In this document: positions 1 to 6,352 of the stretch, piece by piece
Layout of the letters: each line of letters opens with the position of its first letter
Position numbering within the stretch: position 1 is the first letter of the stretch
From: an uncultured Gammaproteobacteria bacterium
GTDB lineage: Bacteria > Patescibacteriota > Patescibacteriia > UBA2591 > UBA6264
Direction: 5' to 3'
DNA length: 9,617 nt
Assembly: GCA_964507075.1 (NCBI GenBank)
Contig: CAZDOL010000017.1
Location: forward strand, 1-9,617
The notes under the pieces: generated by a model
What the model saw: the letters and a program-made list of their open reading frames with translations, nothing else
Database searches by the model: none
Told to the model about the DNA's origin: nothing
Position numbers and translations under genes: made by a program

Positions 1-927
1 TTGAAAAATAGCATTAAAAACAAGAGGCTAGCTCAGTCTTATTTATTTTGTGGTCCAGAATATGTTGGCAAAAAAACAACAGCTATATATTTTGCCACTA
101 ATTTGCTTTGTGATTCTCAGGATTCTCCTTGCCTTGAATGCCAGAATTGTTCTCAAGTGCTTCAAGGAAGACACCCTGATGTTTATTGTGTTGGCAAAAT
201 TGATGATAAAGATATTAGCATTGACCAAGTCCGAAAAGTTAAGGGTATTATTAACTTAGCTCCCCTTTTCGGTTCTTCTAAAATTGTTATAATAGAAGAG
301 GCGGATAGTTTAACAATTTCTGCTGCTAATTCTTTGCTGAAATTATTAGAGGACACTCCACCTCATGTTTTTATAATCTTATTGGCCAGGGGTTTTGGCA
401 ATTTGCCCGCTACTCTTCGTTCTCGTTGTCAAATTTTAAGATTTTTACCCCCATCCTCAAAAGAACTTAGTTGTTTCTTGAAAAAAGAATTTGATTTAAG
501 TTTAACCGAAGCTCAAAAAATTTCTAACTTATCTTTAAATTTGCCTAGATTAGCCATAAAATTGGCTCAGAACAAAGAAGAAGCTTTTAAAAGTCGCGAG
601 GATTTGATGGAAAAATTTATATTCTTTTTATCGGAACGGAATAATTTGGAAAACAAGTTCAAATTGGCTAGCCTGATACTGAAACTCAAGACCAAGCAAA
701 CTTTATTTTTTTTGCTTCAGTTTATAAGAGATTTGACTTTAGTTAAATTGCATTTAACTCCATCTAGCACCTTAGAAAAAAAGAAATTGTTGGATTTATC
801 TGAAAAGTATTCTCAAATGGAACTTTATCTTTTTATGAATCAAATTTTAAGAACTCAATCTTGGTTAGATAGATATGCTAACAAAAAATTGTCAATTGAA
901 AATTTAGTAATTAATGATTTTGTTTAA
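1..927 (+). CDS. holB: DNA polymerase III clamp-loader subunit delta' (HolB), probably 5'-truncated by the window edge
   Basis: Frame-1 ORF open from base 1 to TAA at 925-927. AAA+ clamp-loader pattern: KRLAQSYLFCGPEYVGKKT (P-loop-like box), zinc module C-x6-C-x2-C-x2-C (CDSQDSPCLECQNC), GRHPDV, IVIIEEAD (degenerate Walker B typical of delta', not the DEVH of tau/gamma), LLKLLEDTPP and the SRC motif LRSRCQ. Only about 10 residues precede the conserved box, so the true start is probably upstream. TTG at 1-3 is not assumed to be the start. Confidence 0.85.
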   Translation: MKNSIKNKRLAQSYLFCGPEYVGKKTTAIYFATNLLCDSQDSPCLECQNCSQVLQGRHPDVYCVGKIDDKDISIDQVRKVKGIINLAPLFGSSKIVIIEEADSLTISAANSLLKLLEDTPPHVFIILLARGFGNLPATLRSRCQILRFLPPSSKELSCFLKKEFDLSLTEAQKISNLSLNLPRLAIKLAQNKEEAFKSREDLMEKFIFFLSERNNLENKFKLASLILKLKTKQTLFFLLQFIRDLTLVKLHLTPSSTLEKKKLLDLSEKYSQMELYLFMNQILRTQSWLDRYANKKLSIENLVINDFV

Positions 928-945
928 TTTTAATATTTTTAGTAT

Positions 946-2001
946 ATGAGTAAAATAAAAATTCTTTTCATTTTTTCTATCTTCTTGATATTTGTTTTTT
1001 TAAGTGGTTGCACGGTCAAACCAAAATATAGTAATGGGGTTTTTAAAAGCATAGATTCGGCTGATTCTTGGCAACAAAAAGCTAATATTTGTTCTTTAGA
1101 AAATGAAACCCGAGCATTAGATAGAGTAGATGTAAACGCGCTTGTTTTTGACCCCCAAGACAACAAAACTATATATTTGGGATCAAAAAAGCAAGGCCTT
1201 TTTGTTAGCTTTGATGCTGCTGAGTCTTGGAGAAAAATTAGAACATTTCCCAAAGGAGAGATTATGTCTATTGCGGTTCATCCCAAATTAAAACATATTG
1301 TTTGTGTAGCAGTTGACAATCAAGTTTTTAAAACATTAGACGCTGGTCGCACTTGGCAAATTATTTATTTAGAGGCCATACCTAAGGTAATTATCAATAA
1401 TGTGGCCATTGATTCTTCTTCTCCACAAAGAATTTATTTAGGGCTTTCTGATGGTCGGTTAATTCGTAGTGAAGATGACGGATTTAGTTGGGCAACTATA
1501 AATAATTTTAAAGACCAGATAAAAGAAATATTAATAAACGCTCATGACACTCAAAGAATTTATGTTAGCACTTCTCAAAAAGGTATTTTTCGTTCTGATA
1601 ATCAGGGCTTAGATTGGTTTTCTTTGTCGGAATCGCTTAAGAGTTATGGTGGCGCTCAGAAGACAACTAAAATAATTTTTCAATCTTATGAGCCCGAGGT
1701 ATTAATTAGCGCTAATGATTATGGGTTATTGAAAACTAATGACAGCGGACAAACCTGGACAGAATATAAATTATTAACTGACCATGGAAAGGTTAAAATA
1801 ATTTCTTTTGCCGTTTATATTCCAGATCCTAATATAATATATTATGTTGCTTTGGACAAGAATATAGTTTTTCAATCTTTTGATGGTGGTTTAAACTGGA
1901 CGCCTAAATCGGTCTCCACTAAGAATCAATTGTCTCAGCTAATTATTGACCCCTTTGACCCTAATATTCTCTATTTAGGAATGCAATCTTTTAGTAATTA
2001 A
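946..2001 (+). CDS. Lipoprotein with seven Asp-box (BNR) repeats, predicted seven-bladed beta-propeller (Ycf48/HCF136-like or BNR-repeat family)
   Basis: N-terminus MSKIKILFIFSIFLIFVFLSGC is a signal peptide plus lipobox L-S-G-C (Cys22 codon at 1009-1011). Seven S/T-x-D-x-G-x-x-W-type motifs end at W42, W95, W137, W182, W224, W271 and W318: SIDSADSW, SFDAAESW, TLDAGRTW, SEDDGFSW, SDNQGLDW, TNDSGQTW, SFDGGLNW. Spacing is 42-53 aa. Each is followed by a hydrophobic strand motif of the type DPxDPxxIYLG (for example LVFDPQDNKTIYLGS and LIIDPFDPNILYLGM). Confidence 0.75.
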   Translation: MSKIKILFIFSIFLIFVFLSGCTVKPKYSNGVFKSIDSADSWQQKANICSLENETRALDRVDVNALVFDPQDNKTIYLGSKKQGLFVSFDAAESWRKIRTFPKGEIMSIAVHPKLKHIVCVAVDNQVFKTLDAGRTWQIIYLEAIPKVIINNVAIDSSSPQRIYLGLSDGRLIRSEDDGFSWATINNFKDQIKEILINAHDTQRIYVSTSQKGIFRSDNQGLDWFSLSESLKSYGGAQKTTKIIFQSYEPEVLISANDYGLLKTNDSGQTWTEYKLLTDHGKVKIISFAVYIPDPNIIYYVALDKNIVFQSFDGGLNWTPKSVSTKNQLSQLIIDPFDPNILYLGMQSFSN

Positions 2002-2012
2002 GTTAAATATAT

Positions 2013-2564
2013 ATGGATTTTATTGAATCTCATCAAGAAAAATTTAATAAAGTGATTGATTTTTTAAAGAAAGATATTCAAAGTTTACGTACCAATAGAG
2101 TGAGTACAGAATTAGTAGCCAACATTCTAGTTGATGTTTATGGTGCTAAAACCAGGCTTGACCAATTAGCGTCTTTGAGCACCCCTGAACCACGTTTGAT
2201 TTTAATTCAACCTTGGGACAAAAATGTCTCCAAAAATATAGAACAGGCTTTGGTTACAGCTAATTTGGGTGCTACACCTACCATCAATGAAGGATTTATT
2301 CGTTTTAAAATACCATCTTTAAATGAAGATACAAGAAAAGGTTTAATTAAAGTTTTGCACGAAAAATTAGAAAATTCTCGCAGATCTCTACGCAATATAC
2401 GCGACGAAATCAAAGAACAAATTGTTAAAGACGAAAGGGCTAAAGAAATTAGCGAAGACGACAAATATCGCCTTTTTGATCAATTAGATAAATTAAGCCG
2501 AGAAAAACAAGAGGAAATTAAATTAATGGGACAAAAAAAAGAAGAAGAAATCATGGTAATTTAG
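2013..2564 (+). CDS. frr: Ribosome recycling factor
   Basis: 183 aa, the typical RRF length. Family pattern seen: LRTNRVSTELVANILVDVYGAKTRLDQLASLSTPEPRLILIQPWD, IEQALVTANLGATP, IRFKIPSLNEDTRKGLIK, SRRSLRNIRDE. Starts 11 bp after the upstream stop. Confidence 0.95.
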   Translation: MDFIESHQEKFNKVIDFLKKDIQSLRTNRVSTELVANILVDVYGAKTRLDQLASLSTPEPRLILIQPWDKNVSKNIEQALVTANLGATPTINEGFIRFKIPSLNEDTRKGLIKVLHEKLENSRRSLRNIRDEIKEQIVKDERAKEISEDDKYRLFDQLDKLSREKQEEIKLMGQKKEEEIMVI

Positions 2565-2570
2565 GCGTTT

Positions 2571-3731
2571 ATGTTTATTTTCTTGGCTATTATAGCTTTG
2601 AGTATTTTAATTTTTTTTCACGAAGCTGGTCATTTCTTAATGGCTAAGATTTTTTCAGTGAAAGTAGAGGAATTTGGTATTGGTTATCCTCCGCGAATGG
2701 GGGGGGTTATTTTTGAAAAAGGAAAACCTAAATTTTTTTGGGGAAGAAAAAATCCTATTTCATCTTCTGACAAAACTGTTTATTCTTTGAATTGGATTCC
2801 ATTGGGGGGGTTTACCAAATTAAAGGGTGAAATGAATGTTCTGTCAGATAAAGACAGTTTTTCTGCTCAAGTTTGGTGGAAAAAAGTTTTAGTGAGTGCT
2901 GGTGGAGCAATAATGAACATTCTTTTGGCTGTTGCCATTTTTTCCTTTTTATGTCTAATCGGCATTCCGCGTGATTTAAGCCAAGAGAATCTAGTTGCTG
3001 GAAAAATTGTTGGTCCGGTTACTATCCAGATTGGCGGGATTTTTCCTGATTCACCTGCATTTGAGGCCAATTTGCAAGTGGGAGATATTTTACTTGATAT
3101 TGACGGTCAAAAATTTACAGAAGTAGCTGAAACACAAAATTATATTCAAGACAAAATAGGAAAATTTATAGAAGTCAAAGTTGAGCGCAAACAAAAGATT
3201 ATAACTCAAGAATTATCAGTTTTGCCATATGAAGACATTTTTAAAGATGAGAATAATTCAGAAGAAAGTGTTTTAAATAAAGGATTTATCGGAGTGTCTT
3301 TGTCTAAAACAGCATTGGTTAGATATCCTTGGCATCAGGCCATAGTCAAGGGCTGGAGTATGACTTTTTATTTATTGGGTCAAATATTTTATGGATTGGG
3401 ACTCATTTTTAAGACATTAATATTTAAGCATAAGATGATTGGCGGTGTCTTGGGCCCAATTGGCATAACTCAAATGATTAGTAGTGTGGCTCAAGTTAGT
3501 TTTATTTATCTTTTACATTTTGTAGCTGTTATTTCAGTAGCTATTGGAGCTTTCCAGCTCATCCCTTTTCCAGCCCTAGATGGTTCAAGAATAGTTTTCG
3601 CTTTATTTGAAGGTTTGAGGGGTCGTCCCTTTAATCAACGGATAGAGATGATTACTACAAGTGTTGGGTTTTATTTATTGTTACTTTTGATGGTAGTGGT
3701 TAGTTTTCGCGAAATAGTAAATTTATTTTAA
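2571..3731 (+). CDS. rseP: RIP (site-2) zinc metalloprotease, M50 family, RseP/RasP type with one PDZ-like domain
   Basis: HExxH at residues 17-21 (FFHEAGHFLMAK) inside TM1. Conserved IPLGGF motif. Central PDZ-like segment (GGIFPDSPAFEANLQVGDILLDIDGQ). C-terminal LIPFPALDGSRIV (NxxPxxxLDG-type motif). Several hydrophobic helices. Lies in the conserved neighbourhood between frr and proS. Confidence 0.9.
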   Translation: MFIFLAIIALSILIFFHEAGHFLMAKIFSVKVEEFGIGYPPRMGGVIFEKGKPKFFWGRKNPISSSDKTVYSLNWIPLGGFTKLKGEMNVLSDKDSFSAQVWWKKVLVSAGGAIMNILLAVAIFSFLCLIGIPRDLSQENLVAGKIVGPVTIQIGGIFPDSPAFEANLQVGDILLDIDGQKFTEVAETQNYIQDKIGKFIEVKVERKQKIITQELSVLPYEDIFKDENNSEESVLNKGFIGVSLSKTALVRYPWHQAIVKGWSMTFYLLGQIFYGLGLIFKTLIFKHKMIGGVLGPIGITQMISSVAQVSFIYLLHFVAVISVAIGAFQLIPFPALDGSRIVFALFEGLRGRPFNQRIEMITTSVGFYLLLLLMVVVSFREIVNLF

Positions 3732-3736
3732 TTCAT

Positions 3737-4978
3737 ATGTTGCAATCTAATTTTTTAACAAAAACTTTACGCAAAAATCCTAAAGATAGCGTGGCAATTA
3801 GCCATAAATTTTTAGTTCGCGGAGGATACATTCATCAGTTGACTAGTGGAGTTTGGTCGCTTTTGCCTTTAGGTTTTCGAGTTTATCAGAAAGTTGAAAA
3901 TATTATTAGAAAAGAAATATCTTTAATTGGTGGCGAAGAACTGCGGATGCCAAGCTTGCAACCGAAAGAGTTATGGTTGGAGAGTGGTCGTTGGGATACC
4001 ATTGACCCACCTTTATTCAAAATAAAAGATAGACATAATAAATATTTAGCGCTTGGTTCAACTCATGAAGAAGTTATAACTAAAATAGTAAAATTTTTTA
4101 TTGAATCGTACAAAGATTTACCAAAATATGTTTTTCAGATTCAAAATAAATTTAGAAATGAACTGCGTCCAACAGCTGGTTTATTGCGGACCAGAGAATT
4201 TGTAATGAAAGATATGTATAGTTTCCATATTTCAGCTCAAGATTTAGACACTTATTATTTAAAAGTAATTGAGGCCTATCAAAGAATTTATCGTTCTTGC
4301 GGCTTAGAACCAATAGTTGTTAACGCTTCTTCTGGAACGATTGGAGGAAGTATGTCCAACGAATTTATGATTTTTGCAGAATCAGGAGAAGATAATCTTT
4401 TATTCTGCGAAAAGTGTGGCTGGGCTGCTAACGTAGAAATAGGAGGACAAGAGTTATTTTGTCCTAAATGCAAAAATAAATTAACCACTAAAACAGGAAT
4501 TGAAGTAGGACATATCTTTAAATTAGGCTCTATTTATAGTCAAAAAATGAAGGCTTTCTTTGTTGATAAGAAGGGGCAACAACAGCCGATCATCGCTGGT
4601 TGTTATGGCATTGGACTAGAAAGGCTTATAGCCACTATAGTAGAATTGAATCATGACCAAAATGGAATTATTTGGCCAGCTAGTGTGTCTCCCTTTGACA
4701 TCCATTTATTAGGATTGGACTTAGACGATAAAACAATTCTTAAAAGGGCTCAGGAAGTTTACAAAAATTTAAAATCATTGGGCTTTGATGTTTTATTTGA
4801 TGATCGTTGTGAATCAGCGGGAGTTAAATTTAATGACTCCGATTTAATGGGTATTCCTATTAGGTTGGTAATTAGCAAAAAATCAGGTTCTAAAATAGAA
4901 TACAAAGAAAGAGGTAAGAAGAGTACTAAGCTGTTTACAATGAAGCAACTATTAAGTAAAATAGGGTCAGGTACTTAG
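3737..4978 (+). CDS. proS: Prolyl-tRNA synthetase, bacterial-type catalytic core and anticodon-binding domain, lacking the INS editing domain
   Basis: N-terminal SHKFLVRGGYIHQLTSGVWSLLPLG and ELWLESGRW. Class II motif 2 FRNELRPTAGLLRTREFVMKDMYSF. GIEVGHIFKLGSIYS. Motif 3 GCYGIGLERLIATIVE. Only 413 aa: the roughly 180-aa insertion that normally sits between AAN(I/V)E and GIEVGH is replaced by about 17 aa containing CxxC-x14-CxxC. Confidence 0.93.
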   Translation: MLQSNFLTKTLRKNPKDSVAISHKFLVRGGYIHQLTSGVWSLLPLGFRVYQKVENIIRKEISLIGGEELRMPSLQPKELWLESGRWDTIDPPLFKIKDRHNKYLALGSTHEEVITKIVKFFIESYKDLPKYVFQIQNKFRNELRPTAGLLRTREFVMKDMYSFHISAQDLDTYYLKVIEAYQRIYRSCGLEPIVVNASSGTIGGSMSNEFMIFAESGEDNLLFCEKCGWAANVEIGGQELFCPKCKNKLTTKTGIEVGHIFKLGSIYSQKMKAFFVDKKGQQQPIIAGCYGIGLERLIATIVELNHDQNGIIWPASVSPFDIHLLGLDLDDKTILKRAQEVYKNLKSLGFDVLFDDRCESAGVKFNDSDLMGIPIRLVISKKSGSKIEYKERGKKSTKLFTMKQLLSKIGSGT

Positions 4979-4990
4979 GTACTTAGGTAA
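4971..4990 (+). repeat. Tandem 8-mer GTACTTAG x2 (plus a partial third copy) spanning the proS stop codon
   Basis: GTACTTAG occurs at 4971-4978 and 4979-4986, followed by GTAA. The proS TAG (4976-4978) lies in copy 1. An in-frame back-up TAA follows at 4988-4990. Confidence 0.8.
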
Positions 4991-5023
4991 TCGGGATTTT
5001 AATTATTTAATTACCTGATTACC
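4986..5023 (+). other. Imperfect inverted repeat / RNA hairpin in the proS-mreB spacer (possible terminator or 5'-UTR element)
   Basis: GGTAATCGGG (4986-4995) pairs with CCTGATTACC (5014-5023): 10 bp including one G-U pair, with an 18-nt AT-rich loop. No U-tract follows on the plus strand, so it is not a classical intrinsic terminator. Confidence 0.3.
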
Positions 5024-5046
5024 CAATCCCCAATTAACCAATTAAC
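5023..5046 (+). repeat. Period-8 tandem repeat CCAAT(CC/TAA) x3 directly upstream of mreB
   Basis: CCAATCCC is followed by CAATTAAC (5031-5038) and CAATTAAC (5039-5046). An additional TTAATTA x2 with period 8 lies at 4999-5013. Confidence 0.7.
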
Positions 5047-5054
5047 TGACAGAT

Positions 5055-6086
5055 ATGTTTAAAAAGATTTTTTCTAAAGATATTGGATTAGATTTAGGAA
5101 CAACCAATACCCGTGTTTATGTTAGGGGGCGAGGTTTAGTTATTAACGAAGCAACAATTATGGCCATTAATACCAGAAACGATCAGGTGGTTGCTATTGG
5201 TAATAATGCTTTAAGAATGTTAGGTAAAGCTCCAGCACATATTTCAGTTGTTAAGCCCTTGGTGAATGGCGTGATTTCAGATTTTGAGGTAACAGAGAAA
5301 ATGCTTAAACTGATTTTTAATAAAGTTCATCACGATAGCTTTACTCTAATTCCGCGTCCGCGAGTAGTGGCCTCTATTCCTTTAGAAATAACAGAAGTAG
5401 AAAAAAAATCTCTTGAAGATGTTATTTTGCAGGCAGGTGCGCGTGAAGTTTTTTTAGTGGAAAGACCAGTTGTTGCTGCCATTGGCGCTCGTTTGCCAGT
5501 TCAAGAGTCAATTGGAAATTTAATCGTTGAATTAGGCGGAGGACTTTCTGAAATAGCGGTGATTTCTTTAAATGGAATTGTAGCTCACAAGTCTCTAAAA
5601 ATAGGAGGAGAATTAATTAACAGAAATATTATTGATTACGTTCGGGAGAAGTTTGGTATTCTTCTGGGGCAGCAAACATCTGAAGAGGTTAAGATAAAGA
5701 TAGGTTCAGCTGCGTCTATAAATAAAGCCCAGGATATGAAAATCAAAGGAAGAGATTTGGTGAGCGGTTTACCGAAAGAAGTGACCATTACTGATGTTCA
5801 GGTTAGGGAAGCTATCTTGCCGACCTTAAAAATAATTATAGAGGGCATTCGGGATACCGTTGAATCTACACCCCCAGAATTAGTGTCTGATATTTACGAA
5901 AGGGGAGTGATTCTTTCGGGCGGGGCTTCTCTTCTAAAGGGATTAGATAAGTTGATTAGAAAAAAGATTAATATTTCTGTTTGTTTAGTTGATGATCCTG
6001 CTACAGCAATCATTCGGGGCACAGGGTTGATTTTGGAAGATTTTGATAACCTGAAGTCAGTAATTATTCCTTCGGCTAGAGATTAA
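5055..6086 (+). CDS. mreB: Rod shape-determining actin homologue MreB
   Basis: 343 aa. Actin-fold phosphate-1 motif IGLDLGTTNTRVYV, ISVVKPLVNGVISDFEVTEKML, LIVELGGGLSEIAVISLNGIV (phosphate-2 DxGGG-like), GVILSGGASLLKGLDKLI, PATAIIRGTG. Collinear with MreB over its full length. Confidence 0.93.
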   Translation: MFKKIFSKDIGLDLGTTNTRVYVRGRGLVINEATIMAINTRNDQVVAIGNNALRMLGKAPAHISVVKPLVNGVISDFEVTEKMLKLIFNKVHHDSFTLIPRPRVVASIPLEITEVEKKSLEDVILQAGAREVFLVERPVVAAIGARLPVQESIGNLIVELGGGLSEIAVISLNGIVAHKSLKIGGELINRNIIDYVREKFGILLGQQTSEEVKIKIGSAASINKAQDMKIKGRDLVSGLPKEVTITDVQVREAILPTLKIIIEGIRDTVESTPPELVSDIYERGVILSGGASLLKGLDKLIRKKINISVCLVDDPATAIIRGTGLILEDFDNLKSVIIPSARD

Positions 6087-6104
6087 AAAATAAATTGAAT
6101 TTAG

Positions 6105-6134
6105 AAAAAGACAGATTATAGATTTGTCTTTTTT
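6105..6134 (+). terminator. Intrinsic terminator after mreB
   Basis: GACAGATT (6110-6117) pairs with GATTTGTC (6121-6128), including two G-U pairs, around a 3-nt loop. It is followed by T6 (6129-6134) and preceded by A5 (6105-6109). The stem is AT-rich and weak but the architecture is typical, 19 nt after the mreB stop. Confidence 0.55.
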
Positions 6135-6136
6135 GG

Positions 6137-6166
6137 TTGCAAAATTCAAATTTATTCGTCTATATA
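6137..6166 (+). promoter_or_regulatory. Candidate sigma70-like promoter for the small-ORF/leader transcript
   Basis: TTGCAA (6137-6142), an 18-nt spacer, then TATATA (6161-6166). Alternative: a perfect TATAAT at 6274-6279 with a poor -35. Such hexamers arise easily by chance in AT-rich DNA. Confidence 0.25.
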
Positions 6167-6196
6167 AGTGTAATAGTAATTTTAAAATAGATTGAG

Positions 6197-6352
6197 ATGA
6201 AAAGCGAAATTCAACAATTAAGTAGTTGCTATCAGAGGAACCGACAGGTTCTGGTTGCAAATACCAGCATTTTTATAATTAGTGCTTGTGTTTGGTTTTT
6301 AATTTTTGGGGCCCAGATAGCTAATGTTGCAAAAAGCGATTATTTCAATTAA
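6197..6352 (+). CDS. Unlisted small ORF, 51 aa, single predicted TM helix (hypothetical small membrane protein or leader peptide)
   Basis: My own translation from the ATG at 6197: MKSEIQQLSSCYQRNRQVLVANTSIFIISACVWFLIFGAQIANVAKSDYFN, stop TAA at 6350-6352. Polar N-terminus, then about 20 hydrophobic residues. It sits between a promoter-like element and a strong terminator (6384-6415). No SD, but no other gene here has one. Too short for compositional support. Confidence 0.3.
   Translation: MKSEIQQLSSCYQRNRQVLVANTSIFIISACVWFLIFGAQIANVAKSDYFN

Noticed and set aside
1-3. TTG at position 1 as the genuine holB start
   Set aside because: The frame is open to the window edge, and delta' proteins usually have a longer N-terminal lead-in before the P-loop-like box. 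It is treated as a 5'-partial gene instead.
43-259. ORFs 43-228 (minus) and 50-259 (plus) overlapping holB
   Set aside because: They lie entirely inside a confidently recognised holB reading frame. The translations are low-complexity with no motifs, typical shadow ORFs of AT-rich coding DNA.
939-1253. Minus-strand ORF of 104 aa opposite the lipoprotein gene
   Set aside because: It is antisense to an ORF with a strong repeat and signal-peptide signature, has no recognisable features, and would overlap the holB-lipoprotein junction.
2207-4488. Minus-strand ORFs 2207-2464, 2867-3070 and 4288-4488 inside frr, rseP and proS
   Set aside because: All are antisense shadows of strongly supported genes with no independent evidence.
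6057-6260. Minus-strand 67-aa ORF spanning the mreB 3' end, its terminator and the start of the gap
   Set aside because: It overlaps the mreB coding end and runs through the terminator hairpin, and its sequence is low-complexity (FLNSIYFLISSRRNNY). It could at most mark an antisense transcript to the small ORF, for which I have no evidence.
6237-6267. Two adjacent mini-hairpins (GGAACC-GACA-GGTTCT and CTGGT-TGCAAAT-ACCAG) as a guanidine-II (mini-ykkC)-like tandem-hairpin riboswitch, or as a terminator (T-run at 6271-6274)
   Set aside because: The loops are GACA and TGCAAAT, not the conserved ACGR tetraloops. The stems are only 5-6 bp and the T-run is short and interrupted. I could not match fluoride, preQ1, Mn2+, ZTP or SRP/tRNA-like consensus elements by eye either.
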